Shown: positions 9,624 to 20,526, numbered from the stretch's first letter. The stretch is DNA of 37,058 nucleotides from an uncultured Sphaerobacteraceae bacterium (GCA_964434995.1 CAYSXO010000010.1:1-37058), one strand, 5' to 3'. Notes: generated from the sequence alone by a model not told the origin. Program-made: numbers and translations.

Positions 9624-10289
9624 TCAGGATTCCGGAGTCAACGCCCTCGCGAGCAAGGCCCGAGTCGCGTCAATCTCGTCGCGATTGATGGTGTGCCCCA
9701 TTCCTGGGTAAATTCGGGCGTCTACGCTCGCCCCAAGTCGACCCAATGCTTCGGCGGTCTCTTCAACTCGCGAGACGGGAATATGGGCATCGATGTCACT
9801 GCAACCGAGGAATACCGGCGTTCCCTGGAGTGAGCCTGGGTAGTCGAACCTCGTGACGGGAGGGCCAATCAGTCCGCCACTGAACCCGATGGCAGCCGCG
9901 TACAGGCGCGGATTTCTCGCGATGGACTCAAGAGCCAGGCACGCTCCCTGCGAGAAACCCACGACCGCGATGTGGTCGGCGGGAATCCCCGATTCATTCA
10001 TCTCTTTCAGTAAACTCGCGATCCGCTTCAACGCCGAGGAGAGATATGGCTCGTTGCGCTCGAACGGCTCAGTGAAGCGATACGGATACCAGGTGTTATC
10101 CGCCGCCTCTGGAGCCACGATAGCAACCCCCGCGGGGGTTATTTCTTTCGCGAGGCCCAGGATATCTTCGGCAGAAGCTCCCCGGCCATGGATGGCGATG
10201 AGCGCGCTATGTGCTCGATCGAGCGGCACGCCTGACGCAAGGGTTCGGGTTTCGCCGTGCGGGTCAGGCCCCACAAGGTGCCGCGACAT
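9624..10289 (-). CDS. alpha/beta hydrolase, phospholipase/carboxylesterase family (MhqD-like)
   Basis: 221 aa with the GFSQGA nucleophile elbow and downstream Asp and His (DIDAHIP, GMGHTI). Size and pattern fit the carboxylesterase family. Confidence 0.8.
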   Translation of the reverse strand: MSRHLVGPDPHGETRTLASGVPLDRAHSALIAIHGRGASAEDILGLAKEITPAGVAIVAPEAADNTWYPYRFTEPFERNEPYLSSALKRIASLLKEMNESGIPADHIAVVGFSQGACLALESIARNPRLYAAAIGFSGGLIGPPVTRFDYPGSLQGTPVFLGCSDIDAHIPVSRVEETAEALGRLGASVDARIYPGMGHTINRDEIDATRALLARALTPES

Positions 10290-10350
10290 ATGCGATGCTC
10301 CCTTTGATTGCGACTATCTTGCTGACTCAAAACTTCGACTCAATGGCTGA

Positions 10351-11451
10351 TTGGGAATGTACATGACAGACAACGTATGCGCCCTCAGCGGGATCCATCA
10401 TCTCAGCGCAATTTCCTCAGATGCGCAACGAACCGTCAACTTCTACACCGGCATCCTCGGACTTCGCCTGGTCAAGCAGACGGTCAACTTCGACGATCCC
10501 TCGTCATATCATCTCTATTTTGCGGACGAAGCGTCTGGTCCAGGCGCATTGAGCTTTTTCGTATGGCCCGGCGCCTATCGCGGTGCATACGGCATTGGCG
10601 GCACGCATCACCTTGCCTTCGAGACGGCCAGCCGCGACACGCTTCTGCAATGGAAGCGGTGGCTCGTGGACAACGGCGTCACCGTATCCGGGCCATACGA
10701 CAGGGTCTACTTCGAAAGCATCTACTTCACCGATCCGGACGGCCTGATCCTCGAAATCGCCACCCGAGGGCCCGGCTGGACTGTCGACGAAACGGCCGAA
10801 GCGTTGGGATCGTCCGTGCAGCTTCCTCCGGACGGCCTCACCGCGGGTCGCCGGGACGAAGCAGCGATTGCCTCGGCCATCTGGTGCGAACCAATCTTGG
10901 AGCCGACGCCCCAGATGCGCCTCAAGCGCATGCATCACGTTACCGCCATCGGATCCGATATCGGTCAAACGGAGGAGTTCTTCACCCGGCGTCTTGGCCT
11001 CCGAACGGTGAAACGAACGATAAACTTCGACAGTCCTTCGATTCCCCATCATTACTATGTGGCCGGCGACGGCGAGCCTGGCACGATCATTACCTACTTT
11101 GCGTTTCGGCCCGGCGCCTTGCGTCCGTTCCGGCTCGGCGCGGGCATGACGCACCATTTCGCGCTAGGCGTCCCTGACGACGCAGCACTCACCACCTGGC
11201 GTGATCGCCTCAACGACGCCGGAGTGCCAACCACGGACGTCAAGGATCGCGCCTACTTCAAGAGCATCTACTTTCGCGATCCCGACGGCCACGTACTCGA
11301 GATCGCGACTGAGACACCAGGCTTTGCGACAGACGAGCCGGTATCAGAGCTTGGCCGCCGGCTGCAGCTACCGCCGCGGCTGGAAGATCAGCGCGACGAA
11401 ATTTCGAGCAATCTGCAGCCACTGACGGTTCCCGATCCAGTTGGCCGCTAG
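10351..11451 (+). CDS. two-domain VOC-superfamily ring-cleaving dioxygenase (MhqA/MhqO-like)
   Basis: Two repeats of the glyoxalase/dioxygenase module (HHLSAISSD..FYTGILGLRLVK and HHVTAIGSD..FFTRRLGLRTVK). The start may be ATG 10357 or 10363 instead. Confidence 0.8.
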   Translation: MGMYMTDNVCALSGIHHLSAISSDAQRTVNFYTGILGLRLVKQTVNFDDPSSYHLYFADEASGPGALSFFVWPGAYRGAYGIGGTHHLAFETASRDTLLQWKRWLVDNGVTVSGPYDRVYFESIYFTDPDGLILEIATRGPGWTVDETAEALGSSVQLPPDGLTAGRRDEAAIASAIWCEPILEPTPQMRLKRMHHVTAIGSDIGQTEEFFTRRLGLRTVKRTINFDSPSIPHHYYVAGDGEPGTIITYFAFRPGALRPFRLGAGMTHHFALGVPDDAALTTWRDRLNDAGVPTTDVKDRAYFKSIYFRDPDGHVLEIATETPGFATDEPVSELGRRLQLPPRLEDQRDEISSNLQPLTVPDPVGR

Positions 11452-11470
11452 CAAACAGAGGAGCATCGTT

Positions 11471-12019
11471 ATGACATCGTCAGGAAACCCAGGCTTTGGC
11501 AAGGCAGAGCCAAACGTCCATCCAGAAACGCGGATTGGGCACGTGCACTTGAAGGTATCCGACCTCGAACGGAGCATCGACTTCTATCGGGATGCGTTTG
11601 GATTTGAAGTCATGGACCGCTTCGGGGATAGCGCCGCATTCCTCTCGGCCGGGGGATACCACCATCATCTCGGTCTGAACACCTGGGAAAGCAGGGGCGG
11701 GAGTCCCCCAGCAGGTCGAACAACGGGCCTCTACCACTTCGCAATCCTCTATCCCGACCGGCTGGAGCTCGCGCGTGCTCTCAAGCGTCTGGTCGACCAT
11801 GGAGTTGCCATCGATGGCGCCTCGGATCACGGAGTCAGTGAGGCAATCTATCTCCACGACCCCGATGGCAACGGCATCGAGATCTATCGTGACCGGCCCC
11901 GGGCCGAGTGGCCGCGCGAGGCAGACGGCAGTATTGCAATGGTGACCGAGCGGCTCGATCTCCGGGGCTTGCTCGCCGAGCTCGACAGGGAGAAGATCAC
12001 CATGCCGAAACCGTCGTAG
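11471..12019 (+). CDS. VOC-family protein, catechol-2,3-dioxygenase-like (CatE/COG2514-like)
   Basis: IGHVHLKVSDLERSIDFYRDAFGFEV, GYHHHLGLNTW and LHDPDGNGIEIY motifs. ATG 11471 follows an AGAGGAG RBS. Confidence 0.8.
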   Translation: MTSSGNPGFGKAEPNVHPETRIGHVHLKVSDLERSIDFYRDAFGFEVMDRFGDSAAFLSAGGYHHHLGLNTWESRGGSPPAGRTTGLYHFAILYPDRLELARALKRLVDHGVAIDGASDHGVSEAIYLHDPDGNGIEIYRDRPRAEWPREADGSIAMVTERLDLRGLLAELDREKITMPKPS

Positions 12020-12105
12020 GCTTTCGCGAATCCCGTCCGTCGGTCACCGAATTGACGCGGCTCTGGCCGGCATGAACAGGTTCGCAATGCGTGAGGTAGC
12101 GTGAG

Positions 12106-13800
12106 GTGGGTCGAGATCTTCTGATTCAGAACGGGGCCGTCTGGACGGCCGACATGGGCAATCCTCGCGCGGATGCGATCGCCATTTCCGGCGATCGCAT
12201 CATCCTTGCGGGCGCCAGAGAGCAAGCGCTTGGCGCGCTCTCGCGCGATGTCGAAGTCATCGACGCCGGCGGACGCACCGTGCTGCCGGGGCTGATCGAC
12301 GCGCATAATCACTATCTGGCCACGGCAGAGGCGCTGGCTTCAGTCAATGTTCGCTTTCCTCACGTTGGTTCTCGCGCGGACTTGACCCGAGTTATCGGCG
12401 AAGCCGCCGAGCTGACTCCCCCCGGCCGCTGGATACGTGCCGTCGGCCTCGACTGGTCGAAGTTCCCCGATGGCCAACCGCCGACACGCGCCGACATCGA
12501 TGAAGCCACCCTCGGCCACCCGGTGATCGTCTACCATGTCTCGGTTCACCACGCGCTCGTCAACACGCCAGCGATGCGCGAACGCGGCATCAGCGATTCC
12601 GCGCCGGATCCTCCCGGCGGCCGTTTCGTCCGTGACGAGGCAGGACGCATGACCGGCCTTTGCCTTGACACGGCCACCGATCTTATCCTCCCCGTCGTTG
12701 TCGACATAGGCTGCCACGGCCCGAACTTTCACACGCTCCTCCCCGGGGAAGATACGGTGGGGCTCCTTGAGGATGCCGCGCGCGTCTATTTCGCGGCGGG
12801 CCTCACGACCGTCTGCGATCCTCAGGTTACGCGCCGAGAGCTTCGCATCTATCGCGAAGCTGCCGCGCGCGGCGTGCCCGGGCCTCGCGTTGCCCTCATG
12901 CCCCTCTCGAACCATCTCGACGATTACGAGGCGATCGGGCTTTCTGGGCCCTTTGGCGACGATCGCTTGCGCATCGCCGCCATGAAGCTCTATGCGGATG
13001 GGACCCTGATCGGCGGGACCGCCTGGTTTTCCGAGCCGTATGGCCCGAAGAGTGAATTCACTGGTTCGACATACTGGCAGCCGAACCAGCTTCGCGACCT
13101 GGTTGTCCGGGCACACCGCAATGGCTGGCGAGTTGGCATCCATACCCAGGGAGACCTTGCGATGGCCATGTCACTTGACGCCATCGAGGCCGCCATGCGC
13201 GCTGATCCTCGTCATGAGCCACGTCACCGCATCGAACACTGCGGATTTCCTACGCCAGATCAGATTGGCCGCATGGCCAGCCTCGGGGTAATCCCCGTCA
13301 ATCAGCCAAACTTCCTGGTCGACTCCGGCGATGATTTCATCCGGCACCTGGGCCAGCGCGCACACCGTCTTCAGCCGATGCGCGAGGAGCTCGATGCGGG
13401 TATCCAGCCGGTCCTCTCCAGCGATGCGTTCGTCTCAAGTTTGCGGCCGCTCGATACCATCTCCGCGGCGATGACACGAGCCACGCGGAGCGGAGCGCCG
13501 ATCGGCGAGGCTCAACGCCTGACACTTGACGAGGCATTGCGTGCTCACACGATCGACGCGGCGGTGGCGATCGGCATGGAGGACCGGCTCGGCTCAATCG
13601 AACCTGGCAAGCTCGCTGACATTGCGATCGTCGACGGCTCCCTGGAGGAAACGCCTTCCCATGAGATCGCAAGCCTGCAGATGTGGATGACTATTCTCTC
13701 CGGCGAACGGGTCTGGCCAAGTCCGTCAGCGATCGCCAGTACAAGGTCAAATGGAGCCAACGGAAGTTCCGGACCATCGGTGAGGCCCTTGCACGACTGA
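12106..13800 (+). CDS. amidohydrolase-family metal-dependent hydrolase (Amidohydro_3-like)
   Basis: 564 aa. N-terminal PGLIDAHNH metal-binding motif, and length typical of the YtcJ-like amidohydrolases. Confidence 0.8.
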   Translation: MGRDLLIQNGAVWTADMGNPRADAIAISGDRIILAGAREQALGALSRDVEVIDAGGRTVLPGLIDAHNHYLATAEALASVNVRFPHVGSRADLTRVIGEAAELTPPGRWIRAVGLDWSKFPDGQPPTRADIDEATLGHPVIVYHVSVHHALVNTPAMRERGISDSAPDPPGGRFVRDEAGRMTGLCLDTATDLILPVVVDIGCHGPNFHTLLPGEDTVGLLEDAARVYFAAGLTTVCDPQVTRRELRIYREAAARGVPGPRVALMPLSNHLDDYEAIGLSGPFGDDRLRIAAMKLYADGTLIGGTAWFSEPYGPKSEFTGSTYWQPNQLRDLVVRAHRNGWRVGIHTQGDLAMAMSLDAIEAAMRADPRHEPRHRIEHCGFPTPDQIGRMASLGVIPVNQPNFLVDSGDDFIRHLGQRAHRLQPMREELDAGIQPVLSSDAFVSSLRPLDTISAAMTRATRSGAPIGEAQRLTLDEALRAHTIDAAVAIGMEDRLGSIEPGKLADIAIVDGSLEETPSHEIASLQMWMTILSGERVWPSPSAIASTRSNGANGSSGPSVRPLHD

Positions 13801-13844
13801 CAGAGTCCGTGAGGGCGTGTCGTGGAGGAGAGAGATCGAGCCGA

Positions 13845-14612
13845 CTAGTGGGAGACGGGCGGCCCCGGCGACGGCGGATGCGATCGCCCCATGCCCGCGA
13901 AAGACCCGACGGCGATGCCCAGCGCGGCCCCAATGAAGGCCACGCCAATCGCCGTTTCCGGCTGGCCCGCAAGGCTGGAAATAGACGGAGCCACGATCCA
14001 TCCCACAATGAACCCGGGCGGTAGCCGAATCGCCACGCCGATTGCCGCGCCTCGTTCGGCCGCATCGGCGTTTGCCCGATCGGCAGCGGTGTCGTCAAGC
14101 CAATCGACGGCCGGTTCCGCATAGGCCGCGCCGAGCACCGCGCCGTAGACGAAATGCAGAATCAGATTGCCGAGGATTGGCAATGGTCCAGCGCCGATCG
14201 CGAACCCGAGGAATCCCCCGCCCATGAGCGGAAGGAAGACCAGCAAGGAGAGAATCCATGGCAGGAGCGAAAATTGCATTCCCCGCTTCCAGCCCGGCCC
14301 TGACAGCATCGGCTCGAAGACCCGCGCGTAGGCAAGCGCTAGCAGAAGTCCCACCGCCAGGTTTGCGCCAACTGCCAGCACAACCCGATCAGAGGCCCGC
14401 TCCGCGACCGGGTTGTGGACCAATGCCCAGCACCAGCGCTGGAGGACGTTGCCATTTTCGACACCAACTCCCCGCGCGAATCCATAGGCGATCAAAAGTG
14501 CAATCGTCATTGCGAAGGTGCCGAGAAGGCCTGCCAGGACACCTCCACGGAGCCAATCGCCGCGAGCCTGGCCGGTGCTTCGCCGGGAGCTGAGAAGCGA
14601 CGTGCGGTCCAT
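13845..14612 (-). CDS. hypothetical multi-pass membrane protein
   Basis: 255 aa with several long hydrophobic segments rich in G/A/L. No family recognised. Confidence 0.55.
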   Translation of the reverse strand: MDRTSLLSSRRSTGQARGDWLRGGVLAGLLGTFAMTIALLIAYGFARGVGVENGNVLQRWCWALVHNPVAERASDRVVLAVGANLAVGLLLALAYARVFEPMLSGPGWKRGMQFSLLPWILSLLVFLPLMGGGFLGFAIGAGPLPILGNLILHFVYGAVLGAAYAEPAVDWLDDTAADRANADAAERGAAIGVAIRLPPGFIVGWIVAPSISSLAGQPETAIGVAFIGAALGIAVGSFAGMGRSHPPSPGPPVSH

Positions 14613-14754
14613 CTTGACTTCCCCTGGGATGAGCGGCGACGAGCCTGATGAGTCGAAGATCCCGACGCGAGGAGAGGGGTCTTTATCAAGTTTACGGCTC
14701 TGGTGGAAGCATGGATGTTCTGCGCGCTACGTGAACGGGGGGTGAAACACGAGG

Positions 14755-14837
14755 TGCCGGGAGCGGGATTCGAACCCGCACGGCCTTGCGGCCACCAGCT
14801 CCTAAGGCTGGCGTGTCTGCCATTTCACCACCCCGGC
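14755..14837 (-). tRNA. tRNA-Leu (anticodon UAG)
   Basis: Manual fold: acceptor GCCGGGG/TCCCGGC, anticodon stem CCAGC/GCTGG with loop CTTAGGA, long variable arm TGGCCGCAAGGCCGT, T-arm GCGGG-TTCGAATC-CCCGC, discriminator A. CCA is not encoded. Confidence 0.9.
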
Positions 14838-14949
14838 AATAGGTGACTGGCCAAGTGTAGTCGGGATGGCGAGCCGTTGCCCGGCTTCACTTGCTCGGAT
14901 TAGCATCCTCCCGTCAGGGTCAGAATTCGTAGATATGGAGGCACGTTCA

Positions 14950-15918
14950 ATGTCATCAACCACGGATCCGCTCGCACGAAGGCCGTTCGGCAAGACCGGA
15001 CTGATGGTTCCGCCGATTGCCGTGGGCTGCGCGCCACTCGGGAACATGGGGACCACGTTTGGCTACGACGTTGCCGAAGAAGATGCCGTCGCCACGATCC
15101 TCGCCGCGCTCGATAGCCCAATTCCGTACATCGACACGGCCGCGCACTACGGCGATGGCGAGAGCGAGCGGCGCGTGGGCCTCGCACTCCGGAAGCGCGG
15201 TGGACTTCCCAAGAACGCCATCCTCCAGACGAAGGAAGGCAGAGATGGCCAGAACGATTATTCCGGCGACACGGTCAAGCGGCGCATGGAGCGATCCCTG
15301 AAGCTTCTCGGCGTCGACCGAATCGATATTGTCTATCTGCACGACCAGGAATGGACAACGTTTGACGCCGCGATGGCCCCCGGTGGTCCGGTGGACGTCC
15401 TCCAGAGATTCCGAGACGAGGGAGTCGTTGGGCATTTGGGCGTCGCTGGCGGGCCGGTTCCTGTCCAGATGCAGTACGTGGAGACCGGCCTCTTCGATGC
15501 GCTGATTCACCACAACCGGTACACGCTGCTCAACCGGTCAGCCAACCCGCTGATCGATGCCGCGGCCGCGAGGGGAATGGCCGTTCTGAACGCCGCGCCG
15601 TACGGCAGCGGGATGCTGGTGAAGGGTCCCGATGCCTACCCACGCTATGCGTATCAGAAAGCCTCGCCTGAAATGATCGATCGCGTCCGGCAGTTCGCGG
15701 CGATTGCTGACCGGTATGGCGTCCCCTTGGCCGCCGTCGCGCTGCAATTTTCAACACGGGATCCGCGCATGACCGCCACTATCGTCGGCATGAGCCGTCC
15801 AGACAGGATTGCCGATACGATTCGCTATGTGACGACGCCGATACCGGAAGACCTATGGACCGAGATCAGCACGATCCCCTTCGATGTCGACGACCCCGAG
15901 GCAAACCGCTTTGCCTGA
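14950..15918 (+). CDS. aldo/keto reductase
   Basis: RPFGKTGLMVPPIAVGCAPLG N-terminus, DTAAHYGDGESE and later AKR segments. ATG 14950 sits 8 nt after GGAGG. The track's upstream starts (14866, 14935) are less likely. Confidence 0.85.
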   Translation: MSSTTDPLARRPFGKTGLMVPPIAVGCAPLGNMGTTFGYDVAEEDAVATILAALDSPIPYIDTAAHYGDGESERRVGLALRKRGGLPKNAILQTKEGRDGQNDYSGDTVKRRMERSLKLLGVDRIDIVYLHDQEWTTFDAAMAPGGPVDVLQRFRDEGVVGHLGVAGGPVPVQMQYVETGLFDALIHHNRYTLLNRSANPLIDAAAARGMAVLNAAPYGSGMLVKGPDAYPRYAYQKASPEMIDRVRQFAAIADRYGVPLAAVALQFSTRDPRMTATIVGMSRPDRIADTIRYVTTPIPEDLWTEISTIPFDVDDPEANRFA

Positions 15919-15920
15919 CG

Positions 15921-15947
15921 GCTGCCTGTCGAGACTCGACGGGCAGC
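15921..15947 (+). terminator. stem-loop just downstream of the aldo/keto reductase gene
   Basis: 11-bp stem (gctgcctgtcg / cgacgggcagc, one G-U pair) with a 5-nt loop, starting 3 nt after the stop. No U-tract. Confidence 0.4.
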
Positions 15948-16047
15948 ACAAGGAACACCCGACCGTGCCGACCGAGCATGTTTCGCTCGGCACAGGTCGT
16001 GGACTCGGACCGTTAACGGCGGATCTGACCGCGCCAACCTGGTGCCC

Positions 16048-16077
16048 TTGACAAGGCTGCCAGGGATTCCGTAGATT
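16048..16077 (+). promoter_or_regulatory. sigma70-like promoter for the metX-metY leader
   Basis: TTGACA (16048-16053), 18-nt spacer, TAGATT (16072-16077), about 25 nt upstream of the riboswitch P1 helix. Confidence 0.55.
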
Positions 16078-16099
16078 CTTGCTCCACAACTGAAGAGTG

Positions 16100-16207
16100 C
16101 TGCCTTATCGAGATGGGTGGAGGGACTCGGCCCTGTGAAGCCCGGCAGCCTGCGTTCACGTGAACGCAAGGTGCCAAATCCGGCAGAGCGATCTGCGAGA
16201 TAAGGGA
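16100..16207 (+). ncRNA. SAM-I (S-box) riboswitch
   Basis: P1 CCUUAUC (16103-16109) pairs with GAUAAGG (16199-16205). Core motifs are present in order: GAGAUGGGUGGAGGGACUCGGCCCUGUGAAGCCCGGCAGCC, a P3 hairpin (GCGUUCAC/GUGAACGC), GGUGCCAAAUCC and a P4 hairpin (GCAGA-GCGA-UCUGC). It lies upstream of methionine biosynthesis genes. Confidence 0.9.
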
Positions 16208-16221
16208 TACGCGTGAAAACG

Positions 16222-16251
16222 CACCCCTGCCTCGGCGGGGGTTTTGTTTTT
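16222..16251 (+). terminator. intrinsic terminator, expression platform of the SAM-I riboswitch
   Basis: GC-rich stem CCCCUGC / GCGGGGG followed by UUUUGUUUUU, 17 nt after the riboswitch P1 3' strand. Confidence 0.8.
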
Positions 16252-16339
16252 GCGCCTGGTCTCCCACTCGAAGACGATCCGTGGCAAGCCTGCAGGGCCC
16301 GGGTGTGGCCCATTCTGGGGATGGTGGAGACCGCGAGGA

Positions 16340-17533
16340 ATGGCCGAAGAATCAGTGAACCGTGAAGGCCAGAGCGAGGAGATCAAGGACCAACGCGGGA
16401 GGCTGCGCGTCGTCCGCCGCCGACCGGATACGCCGGCGACATTCGATTCACCACGCTTGAGCGTGGATATTGGCAGTCTCAACCTCGAGCTCGGCGGCCA
16501 CCTGAGCAGTGTCACGCAGGCCTACCGCACCTGGGGACGCCTGAATGACGCGGGCGACAATGCCGTCCTGGTGCTGCATGCGCTGACGGGTGACAGCAAT
16601 GCTGGCGGGGCGGGCGGCTGGTGGGAGCCCCTGATCGGGCCAGGCCGCGCCCTCGACACAGATCACACGTTCGTTATTTGCGCCAACGTCCTGGGAGGAT
16701 GCCAGGGGAGTACAGGTCCCGCATCTGATGACCCCCTCACCGGCCGGCCTTATGGCATGCGTTTTCCGCTGATCACGATTGGTGACATCGTCAACGCTCA
16801 GCGAAAGCTGGTCGAGCGGCTTGGCGTGCGAAAACTTGTCGCCATCGGCGGCTCGATTGGCGGCTTCCAGGCGTTCGAGTGGGCCACACGGCATTCGGAT
16901 CTCGTTTCAGCCGTTGTTCCGGTCGCGGCCACGGGCGCGCTCGATGCGCAGGGCGTCGCCATGAACGAGATTGGCCGGCGCGCAATCATGGCCGATCCCG
17001 ATTGGCGCGGCGGCGCTTATGCGGCCGAAGGGGTCTTTCCATCTCGCGGACTCGCCATCGCCCGCATGGCCGGCATGGTGACCTATCACTCGAAGGAGAG
17101 TATGGACGCGCGCTTTGCGCGGAATCCGGCTACCCGGCCCGTACTCTATCCCTCCTTCGGCCCAACGTTCGATGTGGAAGGCTACCTGCACTATCACGGT
17201 GATGCGCTCGTCAAGCGGTTTGACGCCAACAGTTATCTCTACCTGACCCGCGCCATGGACCTGTATGACGTGGGCCGCGGCGGCGGCGAGTCAGAATGGT
17301 TGCGTCGCATCTCCGCCCCAATCCTGCTTGTTGGCATTCGGTCTGACTGGCTCTTCGCCCCGGCTGGGATCAGAGATCTCACCGGCCGACTCGCGGGACT
17401 CGGCAAAGACGTGGAATACCGGGAGCTCGATTCGCCTCACGGTCACGATGCCTTCCTGAAGGAATGGGATCAGATGACCGAAACGCTTGGCCCCTTCATT
17501 TCAGCCAAGGCAGGAAAGGGAACCGCGTCATGA
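16340..17533 (+). CDS. metX: homoserine O-acetyltransferase
   Basis: Alpha/beta-fold MetX pattern (VLVLHALTGDS, GGSIGGFQAFEWA nucleophile elbow, C-terminal SPHGHDAFL). ATG 16340 follows GGAGA/GAGGA. The track's start at 16244 lies inside the terminator, so I rejected it. Confidence 0.9.
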   Translation: MAEESVNREGQSEEIKDQRGRLRVVRRRPDTPATFDSPRLSVDIGSLNLELGGHLSSVTQAYRTWGRLNDAGDNAVLVLHALTGDSNAGGAGGWWEPLIGPGRALDTDHTFVICANVLGGCQGSTGPASDDPLTGRPYGMRFPLITIGDIVNAQRKLVERLGVRKLVAIGGSIGGFQAFEWATRHSDLVSAVVPVAATGALDAQGVAMNEIGRRAIMADPDWRGGAYAAEGVFPSRGLAIARMAGMVTYHSKESMDARFARNPATRPVLYPSFGPTFDVEGYLHYHGDALVKRFDANSYLYLTRAMDLYDVGRGGGESEWLRRISAPILLVGIRSDWLFAPAGIRDLTGRLAGLGKDVEYRELDSPHGHDAFLKEWDQMTETLGPFISAKAGKGTAS

Positions 17534-18991
<1,458 letters not shown>

Positions 18992-19011
18992 GCATCGAGG
19001 CAAATCAAGAG

Positions 19012-19040
19012 AAGGGAGCCGGACTCGGTCCGGCTTCCTT
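19012..19040. terminator. stem-loop between convergent metY and the 19076..19444 gene
   Basis: 13-bp stem aagggagccggac / gtccggcttcctt (one G-U pair) with a 3-nt loop, 20 nt after the metY stop. Confidence 0.5.
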
Positions 19041-19075
19041 CATGTCAAGACGTCAAGAAGGCGAACAGATAGTCC

Positions 19076-19444
19076 CTACGATGATCCCTCGATCGTCGTC
19101 TGGCCCTGGCCCACCGCCGCCATGAGTGCGCCCTCCGTGGCAACGGGCCGCGGCGCGCGGTCGGCTACTGACACGATCCACTCCTGTCGGAACCACTGCC
19201 GCTGCCAGGGGATGGCTGTTCGATTCTTGTGCTGGGAAAAATCGACCAGATAAAGCGGAATGCCATAGCGGCTACGCGGCTCGATCTCGATCACCGTTCC
19301 TGTCGCGCCGTCAAAGCGCGCCTCGGGCCAGGTGGTATAAAGAACGCTGATCCCCGCGATGCCGCGTTTATTCACGCCGCGCGGCATCTCAACCCGAACG
19401 TCCTCACCCAGTCTGAAGTCACTCATCTCATCAGTCTCCGTCAT
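19076..19444 (-). CDS. hypothetical protein (122 aa)
   Basis: Clean ORF 38 nt downstream of the membrane-protein gene on the same strand. No family recognised. Confidence 0.55.
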   Translation of the reverse strand: MTETDEMSDFRLGEDVRVEMPRGVNKRGIAGISVLYTTWPEARFDGATGTVIEIEPRSRYGIPLYLVDFSQHKNRTAIPWQRQWFRQEWIVSVADRAPRPVATEGALMAAVGQGQTTIEGSS

Positions 19445-19482
19445 TCCCCAATGCCGCGAGTATAGCGAACGAGCATGGCCAG

Positions 19483-20526
19483 TCAGGCGTGGAGCTCGCT
19501 TCGCGCCTCGGTTGGCACATTCGACCAGACTTCTGCATAGAGCTCGCCGAGCTGAGCTTGCATAGACATTGGCAATCGATCGAATCGGGTTCGATCATCG
19601 CCCCCCAACACCAGCCGCAATGCCCAAACACGCGAGGCCAGCTCTCTGGAAAGTGGCTCGTCACCGAGTGGAGTCGCTCCCCAGGCAATACAGGTCCGAG
19701 CAAGTTCCGCCTCGCCAAGCGGCAAGAGCATGTCCGAGACAAACGCGGCGCCCTCATTTCGTGATGTGATTGTGCCGGAGGCGGCCTTTCGAGTTGGCAA
19801 TGCGGTCAAACGGCTCTGAGCCGGCGCGCCGATTTCCCTCGAATGCGTGCCGCTGGCGGTCGTGGCACGGGCTCCAGGCGATCGGGTCAACATGACGCCC
19901 AGGAAGATGATGGAGATCCCCACGGTCATCGCCAGATAGAGGTAGTCACGGTGTCCAAACCTGGTCAGTGTTCCTCCGGTTGCCACGACAATCGTGCCCA
20001 GAGCGATCAGCACACACCCTGCCGATCGCCGCCGAAGCTCAGGGGAGCCCCGCATCCGCCAGGCAGAGTAGAGCGCCCCACCTACAAGAACCGCTGTACC
20101 GGCGGCGTTGATCGACGCGGCCAATGCGACGAGCGGTGGACCACGCTCAATCGCGGTCCACCCGGCAGTCTCGAGGAGGGCGGCGTTGATCGGCGCGCTC
20201 CAGACCACCGTCGCCGAGACTGCCGTTACGAGCAATGCGACACCCGGCGTAATCGACGGCATCCGCGTGCCGAGCAGCAAGTAGAGCTCCCCCAGAGCCA
20301 GGATGCCGACGACCAGGACAGCGCCGGAGAGGTAGTAGACGCGAGCCAGCATTGGCGACCAGCCGAACATCGATCCGGCGACTTCTGACGCCGCCGCGAC
20401 GGCGAACACGAGAAATGCAAGACTCCAGGCATTACGGTCGGGCCGTGGCCTTCGAATGGCATCTGATCCGATGACGATCATGCAGACGGCGCTGACGATT
20501 GCCGCGGCGGCGGGAAACGCGATCAT
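19483..20526 (-). CDS. hypothetical membrane protein: about 7 TM segments plus a C-terminal soluble domain of about 110 aa
   Basis: Repeated long hydrophobic stretches in the first roughly 215 aa, then a hydrophilic tail. No family recognised. Confidence 0.6.
   Translation of the reverse strand: MIAFPAAAAIVSAVCMIVIGSDAIRRPRPDRNAWSLAFLVFAVAAASEVAGSMFGWSPMLARVYYLSGAVLVVGILALGELYLLLGTRMPSITPGVALLVTAVSATVVWSAPINAALLETAGWTAIERGPPLVALAASINAAGTAVLVGGALYSAWRMRGSPELRRRSAGCVLIALGTIVVATGGTLTRFGHRDYLYLAMTVGISIIFLGVMLTRSPGARATTASGTHSREIGAPAQSRLTALPTRKAASGTITSRNEGAAFVSDMLLPLGEAELARTCIAWGATPLGDEPLSRELASRVWALRLVLGGDDRTRFDRLPMSMQAQLGELYAEVWSNVPTEARSELHA

Noticed and set aside
16244-16339. The track's upstream start for metX (MFLRLVSHSK…).
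   Set aside because: It begins inside the U-tract of the riboswitch terminator and has no RBS. ATG 16340 has an RBS and gives a normal MetX length.
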